From Candidatus Dojkabacteria bacterium (GTDB taxonomy: Bacteria > Patescibacteriota > Dojkabacteria > SC72 > JAFGCJ01), in contig JAFGIK010000026.1 of NCBI GenBank assembly GCA_016929645.1, forward strand, positions 14,288-78,287: a stretch of DNA of 64,000 bases, in the 5' to 3' direction. How positions within the stretch are numbered: position 1 is the stretch's first letter; each line of letters begins with the position of its first letter. The notes under the pieces were generated by a model. It was given only the letters and a program-made list of their open reading frames with translations. It did no database searches and was not told where the DNA came from. Positions 1-10,328 of this stretch are shown here, piece by piece. The translations under genes were made by a program, and so were the position numbers.

Positions 1-76
1 TTACACATCCCAAAGCAAGAACAATAATTAGCACAAGTTTAAAATTTGATAATTTTGACTTTTTGATATTCTGCAT
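1..76 (-). CDS. Partial CDS running off the left edge; signal-peptide/TM-like N-terminus
   Basis: ATG at 76 reads MQNIKKSKLSNFKLVLIIVLALGCV with no stop before the window edge; divergent from uppP. Confidence 0.5.
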   Translation of the reverse strand, partial: MQNIKKSKLSNFKLVLIIVLALGCV

Positions 77-179
77 TAATAATAAGATCTAGTCTTAATT
101 TAGAATATTTCTATTTTATCATAGGTCAAAGTACCTAAGCTATCTCACTTATTTACAACTATATTGAAGAGCAAATATC

Positions 180-953
180 ATGAACGAATATCTTGAATCT
201 TTCATCGCAGGTTTGATACAAGGAATTACAGAATTGCTACCAGTATCAAGCTCCGGACATTTACTTTTATTCTCAAATCTTACAGGAAATGAATTAAAAA
301 TTGCTGAAATAGCAGTCATCCATATTGGTACATTAATTTCTATTATGATTGCTTTCTACAAAGATATCCTAAAGTGCTTTAACTTAAAAATAGCAATCAA
401 AGTATTAATAAGCGCAATACCTGCAGGAATCATTGGTTTAGTAATCGAAGAATTACTCAATATCAATACTAATATTCCAATTTTAATAGTTCTCTCATTA
501 ATTGTCTGGGGTATTATTTTAATTGTAATCGATAAAAAAACTGCAACAATGAAATTTCGTACGACAGAGCTGAAAGACGTTTCACTTAAGCAGGCAATTA
601 TCATTGGCCTTGGACAGGTTTTAGCCCTGATCCCTGGTACATCAAGATCTGGAGTCACAACGATTTTCGGTATAATTTCCGGTCTTGATCCAAAACTAGC
701 ACTGAGCTACTCATTTCTTACGGGAATTCCTCTGCTTGCAGCCTCTGGCTTTTATGGTACATATAAAATGGTTACCTCAGATACAGGGACGTCCAACACA
801 ACGATTATATTTATCGCAACAGCCACAGCTTTAATTACCGGTATTTTTGCAGCATTTATATTAAAACAATATATAAATAAGAAAATATTTACCATATGTG
901 GATGGTACAGAATCGCAATCGGAATTATTCTTGCACTAGTGCTTATCTTCTAG
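180..953 (+). CDS. uppP: Undecaprenyl-diphosphate phosphatase (BacA/UppP)
   Basis: QGITELLPVSSSGH and PGTSRSG motifs; multiple TM segments. Confidence 0.95.
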   Translation: MNEYLESFIAGLIQGITELLPVSSSGHLLLFSNLTGNELKIAEIAVIHIGTLISIMIAFYKDILKCFNLKIAIKVLISAIPAGIIGLVIEELLNINTNIPILIVLSLIVWGIILIVIDKKTATMKFRTTELKDVSLKQAIIIGLGQVLALIPGTSRSGVTTIFGIISGLDPKLALSYSFLTGIPLLAASGFYGTYKMVTSDTGTSNTTIIFIATATALITGIFAAFILKQYINKKIFTICGWYRIAIGIILALVLIF

Positions 954-1006
954 AAACTTCAGACTATTGAAATATTAATATATAGAGAATTAGACATAAT
1001 AGAGAC

Positions 1007-2614
1007 TTATCTAATCATGGCTAAAAGATCAATACCTGTCATGTCTTTAGTTTTCGGTAAACCCAACAAGGAAAGTACGGTCGGGGCAATATCAGCAAGA
1101 TTTCCTGTCTCAACAGATCCTGGACCTGTACCAATTCTGACAGATTTAGCCTTAGAGTCAAAACTTGCAATATCTACACATGCTATAAAAGGCACCGGAT
1201 TACATGTATGAGAAGTTTTGACTTCCATAGTAAGCTCATCTAACATTTCTTCACAATTACCATGATCAGAAGTCAGAATAAAAACACCGTCTTGCTTTGC
1301 CACTGCATCAAAAATACGTTTAACACATTTATCTACGAATTCAACAGCCTCTACAGTAGCTTTAAAGTTACCAGTGTGCCCAATCATATCAGGATTGGAA
1401 AGGTTAACGAAGACAAAGTTATACTTACCAGATAATATAGATTCAACTGCTGCATCAGTAACTTTCTCTGAACTCATATGAGGCGTTTTGGAATAGTCAT
1501 AGACATCAGGTGAAGAAATATGAATAAATTTTTCGCCAGGTCTTGGATCTTCATGCCCCCCATTAAGGAAAAATGTAACATGAGCATACTTTTCTGTTTC
1601 TCCGATATGTATTTGAGTTAATCCTGCATCACTAATCACTGAACTCAATGTATTATTTATGTATTGAGGCTCGTACAAAACATCTGCAGCAAGGTCATAA
1701 CAATAACCAGTCATAAGGTAGAATTTCACATCTTCGGGATATTGTTGTCTTTGAAAAAAAGGAAAGTCTTTGTTAACAAAGACTTTGGTTAACTGACGAA
1801 CACGATCTTCTCTATAATTATAAAAAAGGACAACGTCCCCACTTTTTACAACTCCAACAGGATTTACATCATTGCAAATTATTGTCGTTGGAATAAATGT
1901 CTGATCATTTTCTCCATTATTATAGCCCTCAAGCAGGACATCCATAGGATCAGTAGATTTTCTCTCTCCTAGTCCAACCATAGCCAAATATGCTTTTCGG
2001 GTTTGTTCCCATCTCTTGTCTCGATCCATAGCATATTGTCTGCCACTAATTGAAGCAATCCTTCCTACTCCAAGCTCCTGAATTTTAGCAAGAAGCATGT
2101 TCATATATATATAGCCATCCTTTAGACTAGTGTCACGACCATCAAGAATCACGTGGATAAATGGATTAACTTTTTTTTCTCTACATAGTTCCAGTATTTT
2201 GAACAAATGTTCAATATGAGCATGTACTCCAGCTGCACTTAGCAGACCAAGTAAATGAAAATCCTTTTTGCTTTCATGCAAATATTCAAAGATTTCAACA
2301 AGCTTAGGATTTTTCTTAAATTCACCAGTACGAATCGACTCATTAATAATTGGCAGATGATGATTAACAATTCTACCTGCACCAATATTCGTATGACCAA
2401 CCTCAGAGTTACCAGGATCCCCAGTCGTAAGCCCGACATCCTTACCAGAAGCTTTTAATAGAGTATGTGGAAATTGTGTCCAAAGATTATCCATGGTTGG
2501 AGTATTCGCAGAAATAATAGCGTTACCCATAGAACCAGTTCGAATTCCAAATCCATCAGCAACAACAAGAACACATAACTTTTTATTATCCTTTGTGCTT
2601 ATATTTGTATTCAT
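1007..2614 (-). CDS. gpmI: 2,3-bisphosphoglycerate-independent phosphoglycerate mutase
   Basis: DGFG, GNSEVGH, DGRD, ETEKYAHVTFF, DMIGHTG, SDHGN motifs. Confidence 0.97.
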   Translation of the reverse strand: MNTNISTKDNKKLCVLVVADGFGIRTGSMGNAIISANTPTMDNLWTQFPHTLLKASGKDVGLTTGDPGNSEVGHTNIGAGRIVNHHLPIINESIRTGEFKKNPKLVEIFEYLHESKKDFHLLGLLSAAGVHAHIEHLFKILELCREKKVNPFIHVILDGRDTSLKDGYIYMNMLLAKIQELGVGRIASISGRQYAMDRDKRWEQTRKAYLAMVGLGERKSTDPMDVLLEGYNNGENDQTFIPTTIICNDVNPVGVVKSGDVVLFYNYREDRVRQLTKVFVNKDFPFFQRQQYPEDVKFYLMTGYCYDLAADVLYEPQYINNTLSSVISDAGLTQIHIGETEKYAHVTFFLNGGHEDPRPGEKFIHISSPDVYDYSKTPHMSSEKVTDAAVESILSGKYNFVFVNLSNPDMIGHTGNFKATVEAVEFVDKCVKRIFDAVAKQDGVFILTSDHGNCEEMLDELTMEVKTSHTCNPVPFIACVDIASFDSKAKSVRIGTGPGSVETGNLADIAPTVLSLLGLPKTKDMTGIDLLAMIR

Positions 2615-2705
2615 AACAACTTTTCTGATAATGTAAAACAGCGCAATTTAATATAATATATAATACATTGTACATTGAATTCTACTATTAATAAAAAGAT
2701 AAAGA

Positions 2706-3791
2706 ATGAGAGATATTATTAAAGAAACAAAGGAAAAGATATCAAAAATAAAAATAGCATTAAGCCTGGATGAAAAAGTTGATGAAATGAAAAATCTTGA
2801 GTTACAGACTTCAGATCAACATTTCTGGGATAATCCAAAGGAAGCTCAAAGTATCATGCAGAAAATTAACGAGACAAAAGATAAAGCTGACATAATAAAC
2901 TCAATCGAAACCAAATTATCTGAAATTGAAGAACTGGATGAAATGCTAGAGAAAGATCCAGATCCTCAAATAGAATTAGATATTGACAAGGAACTTGCCG
3001 ATATTACCCAAATACTTGGTAAATTTGAATTAGAACAATTTCTCTCTGGCAAATACGACATCAATAATGCAATAGTATCAATACACGCAGGCCAGGGTGG
3101 AACTGAGGCCAACGATTGGGCAGAGATGTTACTTAGGATGTATCTGAGATATGCAGAAAGACAAAAATGGCAGACAAATATAATACACCAAGTTAGAGGC
3201 GAAGAGGCAGGGCTATCCACTGTTACTTTTGAAGTAATAGGTAAATTTGCTTACGGTTACCTAAAAAGGGAAAAAGGCACTCACAGACTTGTCCGATTAT
3301 CTCCCTACAACGCACAAAATTTAAGACAAACTTCATTTGCCGGAGTTGAAGTATTACCAATGATGGAAGAGAAAGACGCATCAGATTTTGTTATCCCCGA
3401 GTGTGATCTTGAATATAAAGCTGTAAAAGCAACCGGACCTGGAGGCCAACATGTCAACAAGGCATCTACTGCAATAGTTCTAACTCATAAACCCACAGGA
3501 ATCACAGTTCACTCTTCAAGACGTAGCCAGCATCAAAACAGAGAGACGGCCTTGTATATTTTAAAATCCAGATTATGGGAGTTAGAAGAAGATAAAAAAG
3601 ACCAAGAAAGAAAAAAAATGAAAGGTGAACACAAAATTGCAGCCTGGGGAAATCAAATAAGAAATTACGTTCTGCACCCGTACAAACTTGTTAAAGATTT
3701 GCGCACAAAAGTTGAAAGCAATAGTCCAGATTCTGTGCTAAATGGAGAGCTTGATCCATTTATTGATGCTGGCATTAGATTAGTGGCATAA
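2706..3791 (+). CDS. prfB: Peptide chain release factor 2
   Basis: GGTEANDWAEML, GTHRLVRLSPY, GPGGQHVNK, WGNQIRNY; single uninterrupted ORF. Confidence 0.96.
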   Translation: MRDIIKETKEKISKIKIALSLDEKVDEMKNLELQTSDQHFWDNPKEAQSIMQKINETKDKADIINSIETKLSEIEELDEMLEKDPDPQIELDIDKELADITQILGKFELEQFLSGKYDINNAIVSIHAGQGGTEANDWAEMLLRMYLRYAERQKWQTNIIHQVRGEEAGLSTVTFEVIGKFAYGYLKREKGTHRLVRLSPYNAQNLRQTSFAGVEVLPMMEEKDASDFVIPECDLEYKAVKATGPGGQHVNKASTAIVLTHKPTGITVHSSRRSQHQNRETALYILKSRLWELEEDKKDQERKKMKGEHKIAAWGNQIRNYVLHPYKLVKDLRTKVESNSPDSVLNGELDPFIDAGIRLVA

Positions 3792-3800
3792 TATACAAAG

Positions 3801-4820
3801 ATGATACATTTCGACCAAGTATCAAAATTTTATAACCCTGACATAGTAGCACTAAAAGATGCCTCTTTTAACATAGATACTGGAGAATTTTTATTTATCG
3901 TAGGTCATTCAGGAGCAGGAAAATCAACAATTATAAGATTACTTATTAGAGAAGAACTCCCAACCAAAGGACAGATTAAGTTCGACGACATTGATCTTTC
4001 AGCGTTAAATCGGAAGACATTACCATTATATCGACAAAAAATCGGAGTTGTTTTTCAGGATTACAAACTTTTGGAAAATAAAACCATCAAAGAAAACATC
4101 GAATTTGCTTTAGAAATAACCGAGACACCAGATAATGAAATTAAAGATACAACCGATTACTTACTTGAAATAGTTAAACTACAAGATAGACGAGACGTAT
4201 TTCCTTCTCAATTATCTGGAGGAGAAAAACAAAGAGCAGGAATTGCCAGAGCAATTGCAAATGACCCAACAATATTAATAGCTGATGAACCTACAGGAAA
4301 TCTTGATCCAGAGACAGCAGGAGAAATAATGGAGCTGTTACAAAAAATCAATAATTGGGGAACAACTGTTATTATTGCAACACACGCAAAAGAAATTGTT
4401 GATCAGATGCAAAAGAGAGTTATTAGGCTAGAGAAAGGCCAAATAGTCAGCGATATGCTAGGATTTTATCAAAACGAAAAAAAATCCAACAAAGCAAAAG
4501 AAAGTAAACCAAATAACAACAATGAAATCAATTTAGAAGTAAAGGAAAAGCAAGAGTCAACAAGAGAAGTTGACGAAGAGCAGGAACATGCAGAAAAAAA
4601 ATCTAAAAACGTGGAACAAGGATCCATATCAATAAGAGAGCTAAATATTTCTGAAAAGTTTATGAGAATCCTAGAAGAATCAAATATCACTACGATCGAC
4701 AAGTTACTAGATTTAAGCGACGAAGACTTAGGCCAAATAAAGGGATTAACAATGCACGATATTGAAGAAATTCTGTTAAAATTACAGGAATATATTACCG
4801 ATCAAACACAAAATGGCTAA
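3801..4820 (+). CDS. ftsE: Cell division ABC ATPase FtsE with C-terminal RNAP alpha-CTD-like/HhH extension
   Basis: GHSGAGKST, VVFQDYKLL, LSGGEKQR, ADEPTGNLDP; directly upstream of ftsX; about 110 aa extra C-terminus. Confidence 0.92.
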   Translation: MIHFDQVSKFYNPDIVALKDASFNIDTGEFLFIVGHSGAGKSTIIRLLIREELPTKGQIKFDDIDLSALNRKTLPLYRQKIGVVFQDYKLLENKTIKENIEFALEITETPDNEIKDTTDYLLEIVKLQDRRDVFPSQLSGGEKQRAGIARAIANDPTILIADEPTGNLDPETAGEIMELLQKINNWGTTVIIATHAKEIVDQMQKRVIRLEKGQIVSDMLGFYQNEKKSNKAKESKPNNNNEINLEVKEKQESTREVDEEQEHAEKKSKNVEQGSISIRELNISEKFMRILEESNITTIDKLLDLSDEDLGQIKGLTMHDIEEILLKLQEYITDQTQNG

Positions 4821-5811
4821 ATCAAAAAATAAAGCAACAAAGCCCACACAAAATATAAATACTAAGCATGAAAAACTGACAAAGAAACAGATATTTTCAA
4901 GAATTTTCAGAAATACACGCAAAAATATACTAAGAAATAAATGGCTATCGCTTGCTACAATAATTGTAGTTACAATAACATTCACCATAGCTACACTATT
5001 TCTTGCGCTTACTGTAATTTCAAGCCGTACCATAAGTGTTTTCGAGCAAAAAGCACCAATCATAATCTATTTCGAAAATGACACTGAAGAAAAACTAATC
5101 CAAGACGTAAAAAAACAGATTGAGGACACAGGTTTAGTAAGTGAAGTTGATTACCTCGATAAAGAGCAAGCACTTGAAAGATACAAAAGTTATTATGATG
5201 AATACCCAACTCTTGTCGAATCCTCAACAACAGAAGATGTTCTCCCCACTCTACTGGTAAAACCTAAAAGTATTGAAAACATGCCAGAGCTCAGCGACAT
5301 TTGTAACGACATAAAAAGCAATACTTCAGAGATCAACGATATTTGGTATTTCAAAGATGTAGTTGATACACTTCGCGGAATATCAAAAGTTATCAAAATT
5401 GGTGGGGCCATACTTGTAGTAAGTCTTTCTTTAATGTCTATCGTATTAATATTGATTGCTATTGGATTTAATATTAATTCGCATCGAAAAGAGATCGAAG
5501 TTATGAATTTAATAGGTTCTACAGATTTTTATATCAAGATTCCATTTTTATTAGAGGGTATGTTCTACGGAATTTCTGGTTCACTCATTGCAGTTATCAC
5601 AATTCTAGTATTGTGGTATGGTTCAATATTTCTTATGCGAGACAATAATCTATTCGTCCTCGTTTCCGGATTGTTTACTGATATACAGATGACTTATCTC
5701 AAGGAATTTAATATAATATTCTTGCTTACATTAATTTTAAGCGAGATCCTTGCAGGTTCTCTAATCGGTTTTCTTAGCAGTCAACTTGCTATAAGAAAAT
5801 ACCTAAAATGA
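4813..5811 (+). CDS. ftsX: Cell division permease FtsX
   Basis: Four-TM FtsX layout; RKEIEVMNLIGST..IKIPFLLEG motif; overlaps ftsE stop. Confidence 0.92.
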   Translation: MAKSKNKATKPTQNINTKHEKLTKKQIFSRIFRNTRKNILRNKWLSLATIIVVTITFTIATLFLALTVISSRTISVFEQKAPIIIYFENDTEEKLIQDVKKQIEDTGLVSEVDYLDKEQALERYKSYYDEYPTLVESSTTEDVLPTLLVKPKSIENMPELSDICNDIKSNTSEINDIWYFKDVVDTLRGISKVIKIGGAILVVSLSLMSIVLILIAIGFNINSHRKEIEVMNLIGSTDFYIKIPFLLEGMFYGISGSLIAVITILVLWYGSIFLMRDNNLFVLVSGLFTDIQMTYLKEFNIIFLLTLILSEILAGSLIGFLSSQLAIRKYLK

Positions 5812-7133
5812 AGAAACTGAATGTAGTTTACAAATTAATCGTTTTCTCAATATTTATTGTCCTTAGTTTCCTATTCCTTTCAAACTACGTATTAACCAAA
5901 ACGGAAGCCTACGATACAACTTGCCCTTCAGAAATGACTGATGAAGAGTGCCTTGAATATCTACAGGAACAGGCGAATCTTATTGGGCAAGAAAAAAGTG
6001 GCATTCAGAATTCCATCAACCAGGAAGACCTGGCTCAAATGGATTTAAGCCAGCAAATAGCTTATTTTGCAAATCAGGTAAAACAAACAGAGTTAGAAAT
6101 TTCAGAGAAAGAAGTTGAGGTAGAGTCATTAACCGTTGAAATCAGATTATTGAATAACGACATAAATGATCTTAACAATAGTATTGACACAATGACTCAG
6201 GAAATCAATACTTTGGAAACTGATGTAAGAGCTCGTACAAAAGAGAGCTACAAGATGACATATATCTCTCCTGTTCAGATTTTCATTGACTTTAACGATC
6301 TTGATAGCGTAATGATGCAAGTAAAGTTCCTTATGGAAAACAGGAAAAAAGATTTGCTGAAGATGGATGAATTAATTGCAGCAAAAGATGAGCTTGATAA
6401 ACAAGAAGAAGAGTTAAATCAAAAGAAAAAAGATGTCGAAGACAAGCGGCAATCGATGGAGACTACTCTTGCGGAACTTGCAACAGATAGAATCAATCTT
6501 GAATCACAAAAAGCACAACAACAGGTTCTACTTGCTGAGTCACAACGAAGAGAACAAGAATATCAGGCACAACTATCTTCATTAGAATCAATAGAAAATT
6601 CAGCGAATCAACAGATCGGACAATTGATCATGCGAATGTATGAACAAGGTCAGCTTGGAGATGGCACTACTGTGTCAACCGGCAATATCATAGGATTTCA
6701 AGGCCATACTGGATGTTCATTTGGATCCCATCTTCATTTTTCAGTAAATAGCGGAATCGCATACTCTGGTTGGGGATATTTTTATGGAGATATTAATCCT
6801 TATAACTACATTAACAGCAGTGTTCCTATGGTTGATTCAATCATCACACAAGGATATCACCAAGGTATGGCAGTAGACATGGTAAGCGGATCTGGAGGGA
6901 ATCAGTCAGGTGGAAGGTATTGTGTAAATCCAGGAGAACTTGCATGTGCACCGTCCTACGGAAATTGTAGCCAAGCATCATATATGTGGTTTACTCTTAG
7001 AGGAGAAGGTGCACCAATTAAGGCTATAGCTCCAGGAAAAGTTTACTATGGCGTTGAATCCTGGTATGGCGGGAAATTCGCTATGGTCGTACACGATAAT
7101 GGTTACGTAAGTATTTATCTGCACATTCAATAA
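5808..7133 (+). CDS. Coiled-coil + M23 (LytM-type) peptidase, EnvC/CwlO-position partner of FtsEX; M23 domain circularly permuted
   Basis: Signal/TM, long coiled coil, then IGFQGHTGCSFGSHLHF preceding HQGMAVD...GAPIKAIAPGKV...HDNGYVSIYLH. Confidence 0.85.
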   Translation: MKKLNVVYKLIVFSIFIVLSFLFLSNYVLTKTEAYDTTCPSEMTDEECLEYLQEQANLIGQEKSGIQNSINQEDLAQMDLSQQIAYFANQVKQTELEISEKEVEVESLTVEIRLLNNDINDLNNSIDTMTQEINTLETDVRARTKESYKMTYISPVQIFIDFNDLDSVMMQVKFLMENRKKDLLKMDELIAAKDELDKQEEELNQKKKDVEDKRQSMETTLAELATDRINLESQKAQQQVLLAESQRREQEYQAQLSSLESIENSANQQIGQLIMRMYEQGQLGDGTTVSTGNIIGFQGHTGCSFGSHLHFSVNSGIAYSGWGYFYGDINPYNYINSSVPMVDSIITQGYHQGMAVDMVSGSGGNQSGGRYCVNPGELACAPSYGNCSQASYMWFTLRGEGAPIKAIAPGKVYYGVESWYGGKFAMVVHDNGYVSIYLHIQ

Positions 7134-7205
7134 AAGACTTACGACTCTATTTCTCTTTTTTCCTGATTTTACGTTTTTTTAATAATAGCCAATTACAATA
7201 TTGGC

Positions 7206-8816
7206 ATGAACAAAAAATATTCCTTTAATAAAATCTCCCTTTTATTCTTCATTTTTACTTGGATACTGACATACAAACTGATTTATCCCAATCAGAAACT
7301 TTATGCATCAAGTAAAACCATTCTTATCAATGAAGTTTTGTATGACCCTCAAGGATCTGACAGCGGGTACGAGTGGATTGAGTTACTAAATATAGGCACA
7401 GATTCCGTTGATCTTGAAGGTTGGAGTATCGAAGTTGCAGGTTCTGAATTCAAGCCGCAGGCAGTACTGCCATCGTTCATCATAGAACCAAATGAAATTA
7501 TAGTTATCGGAGAGTCAAACGTAACTGAAGCCGACATACAAATTAGCTCGCTAAGTTTACAGAATGGTGGATCTACCACAGATGGAGTCAGATTACTCGA
7601 CAACAATTCTGTTGTGATAGACACTCTATTATATGACGATCCCAATACAAATAATCTAGTTGATGATAAGTCTACAATCGCTACCTCTTTTGCGCCTGAT
7701 GCTAAATCTGGAAATTCATTAGTTCGGACATCATCAAACGACACAGATAATTGCAATCATGACTTTTTAGAGACCTCCATACTTACACCTGGATATAAAA
7801 ATCTAATTATTCCAGAGGCAAGAATAGAAACAACTGTCCCTACTTATATCAATCAGCAAATAACAATAGACGGCAATATGTCATCCGACCCAGATGGACA
7901 AATCATAAAATGGATATGGACAATAAATACTGATAACTCAACTCAAAATTTCTATGAACCAACAATAAATGTAAAACTTTACCAGGAGCAGGAAGTTGAG
8001 ATTGTTCTGAAAGTTATTGATAATGATAACTTATCTAGCCAAACATCTACCACAATAGAGATTATAGAAGATCCAGACAACCCAATTATTCAGACGATCA
8101 GTGACATCAAGGATCTTGATTTGAAATCTGACGTTACAATACAAGGACAGATTACAACACCAACGGCTTCAATATACAAAGATGAAATTTACATACAGGA
8201 TAATACTGGAGGTATCCGCATAAAGACGAATGATCTGAAATTTGAATACAAACATAATTACATTGTTAAAGGATTTCTAGATACTAAAAGTGGTGAGGCT
8301 AGAATCAATGCTCAGGAAACAATACCCAAAGGACAGGAAATTCAAATCGAATCAGTCAAAATAGATCTACCTTCGGATATGAGTCAATATATCGGATCCC
8401 TGATAACAATTGAGGGGAAAATCAATTCCAGCCGCGGAGATTACCTTTATATAAAAAATGACGAGGACTCAAACATAAATATCTATTTTTCAAAATTACT
8501 TCATTTCACCAAACCTAAAGATGCAAAAAATAAAAGTTATCAAATCTCAGGAATTATATCCAGCTACGGAAAAGATGAAAACGATAATTTGAAACTCAGG
8601 CTAATGCCAAGATTACAGAGTGATATTGTACCACTGTCTTCACTAGGAAAAACTGGACAAAATTTAACATCAAAGATAGTTTTCTCTGTTATTTCATCGT
8701 TATTTTTAGTATACATAAATACAATCGACTCAAAAAAGAAATTTTCTGAAATATGGACACTCAAACCGTATTTTGATAAACTTCCAACCAAGACAAAGAT
8801 TATTACGAAAACTTAA
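7206..8816 (+). CDS. Surface protein: lamin-tail domain, PKD domain, OB-fold repeats, C-terminal anchor
   Basis: ILINEVLYDP..YEWIELLN (LTD); SSDPDGQIIKWIW (PKD); YIQDNTGGIRI (OB); LGKTG then hydrophobic segment and KKK. Confidence 0.75.
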   Translation: MNKKYSFNKISLLFFIFTWILTYKLIYPNQKLYASSKTILINEVLYDPQGSDSGYEWIELLNIGTDSVDLEGWSIEVAGSEFKPQAVLPSFIIEPNEIIVIGESNVTEADIQISSLSLQNGGSTTDGVRLLDNNSVVIDTLLYDDPNTNNLVDDKSTIATSFAPDAKSGNSLVRTSSNDTDNCNHDFLETSILTPGYKNLIIPEARIETTVPTYINQQITIDGNMSSDPDGQIIKWIWTINTDNSTQNFYEPTINVKLYQEQEVEIVLKVIDNDNLSSQTSTTIEIIEDPDNPIIQTISDIKDLDLKSDVTIQGQITTPTASIYKDEIYIQDNTGGIRIKTNDLKFEYKHNYIVKGFLDTKSGEARINAQETIPKGQEIQIESVKIDLPSDMSQYIGSLITIEGKINSSRGDYLYIKNDEDSNINIYFSKLLHFTKPKDAKNKSYQISGIISSYGKDENDNLKLRLMPRLQSDIVPLSSLGKTGQNLTSKIVFSVISSLFLVYINTIDSKKKFSEIWTLKPYFDKLPTKTKIITKT

Positions 8817-8832
8817 CTTAAGACTCGAAACC

Positions 8833-9627
8833 ATGAAGAAAAACAAAAAAGATGCAAAACCTGAGGTCCAAAAAACGAAAAACGTACGACAAGAAAACAA
8901 TCGAAATCAAGGTACACTTCAGAAGCTTAGGATAAAGATGCCTCAATCAAAATTATTTTCTTTTGGGATAAAGATATTAGTATGGTTCTTGATCTTCTTT
9001 ATCACCTTAATCATTGTTGACTACGCAGTTCAATATATTAACTATAGATCAAGTGCAGCTATCGTAAATGGAGAAAAGATCTCACAAAAGGATTTTTACA
9101 ACAAGTTGCAGGATATTTATGGTGAAGGAATCTCTGAAGCAATGATTGAAGAAGTTCTTATTTATCAAGAAGCAGAAAAACGAAATATATCAATATCCGA
9201 CGATGATCTTGATAAACGAATTAGAGATTTACAACAAGCTGCAGGAGGTAAGGATAAATTCGATGAAATGCTGAAGCAAAATGCTGACACAGAAGACGAA
9301 TTCCGCGAGAAAACAAGGCTTTCAATGACAATCGAAAAAATAATCGGAGATATCGAGGTTACTGACGATGACAAACAACAATACTACGAGACATATAAAG
9401 GCACTCTGTTCACTCCGGAAGGAGAGACTCTCGCATATGAAGATGTTGAAGACTCAATTGAGGTTTGGCTAAAAGAAGAGAAGTTTGATCAGGAGTATCA
9501 AAAATGGATCGCTGACGTAAAGAAAAACTCGGTAATAGTAAACAATATCAAGAACCCAAAAGACATAGAATTTTTAGGAGTAACCAGAAGTTTCATAAAA
9601 GAACTAATGGATAAAGAAGAAAAATAG
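8833..9627 (+). CDS. SurA N-terminal-domain/PrsA-like membrane-anchored chaperone
   Basis: TM then AAIVNGEKIS...MIEEVLIYQEAEKRNISIS; ATG at 8833 preferred to the overlapping upstream start. Confidence 0.75.
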   Translation: MKKNKKDAKPEVQKTKNVRQENNRNQGTLQKLRIKMPQSKLFSFGIKILVWFLIFFITLIIVDYAVQYINYRSSAAIVNGEKISQKDFYNKLQDIYGEGISEAMIEEVLIYQEAEKRNISISDDDLDKRIRDLQQAAGGKDKFDEMLKQNADTEDEFREKTRLSMTIEKIIGDIEVTDDDKQQYYETYKGTLFTPEGETLAYEDVEDSIEVWLKEEKFDQEYQKWIADVKKNSVIVNNIKNPKDIEFLGVTRSFIKELMDKEEK

Positions 9628-9713
9628 AAGCACTAGATTTTAGTATTAATATTAACAAAACACTCTACTTCATCCTAAGTCACACAAGAAATCTGGTCAC
9701 TTAATACAATGAG

Positions 9714-10298
9714 TTATGCTTCACGTGGCTCTACAATTCCATATTCACCATCAGAAATCTTGTAAACCATGCAAAAGATGCCTTTCTCCTTATGCTTAAA
9801 TAAGAAGCATTCTTTGCCAAGGAGTTCCATATGCTCAATAGCTTCAGCTTCATACATTGGGGTGCTATCATCCATAACAAATCTCTGGGTTATTTTTGGA
9901 GAATAATTTACATAATCCATAGTATCATCAACAATATCAGTAGCATCTGTCTCGGAGGAATCGACCTTCCATGGAGATTTACCTTCCCATTGACGAAACT
10001 TATCTTTATATCGCTTTACTTTTCGGGCAAGAATATCTGTTGTTTCATCTACTAGAGCATAAACATCACTACCTGACTTTTCTACGCGAGCAATGGCTTT
10101 CGGCAGATGCATAGTTATATCAATTTTAAAATCTTTGTCTACCCCACGTGCTGCAACATGTTCAGTACATTCGACTCGAATAGATGTACAAATGTTATAA
10201 ATACGTTCGTATTTTGTTATTTTATCTTCAATATATGTTCGAATGGCATCGGTAATATCCATACCATTTCCACTGATCTGAATTTCAGGAAGTGACAT
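9714..10298 (-). CDS. hpf: Ribosome hibernation promoting factor (long HPF/RaiA)
   Basis: ISGNGMDITDAIRTYIEDKI; C-terminal PMYEAEAIEHMELLG..F..F domain. Confidence 0.9.
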   Translation of the reverse strand: MSLPEIQISGNGMDITDAIRTYIEDKITKYERIYNICTSIRVECTEHVAARGVDKDFKIDITMHLPKAIARVEKSGSDVYALVDETTDILARKVKRYKDKFRQWEGKSPWKVDSSETDATDIVDDTMDYVNYSPKITQRFVMDDSTPMYEAEAIEHMELLGKECFLFKHKEKGIFCMVYKISDGEYGIVEPREA

Positions 10299-10328
10299 AA
10301 AAAATCTATCTTAATATATTATTTATTC

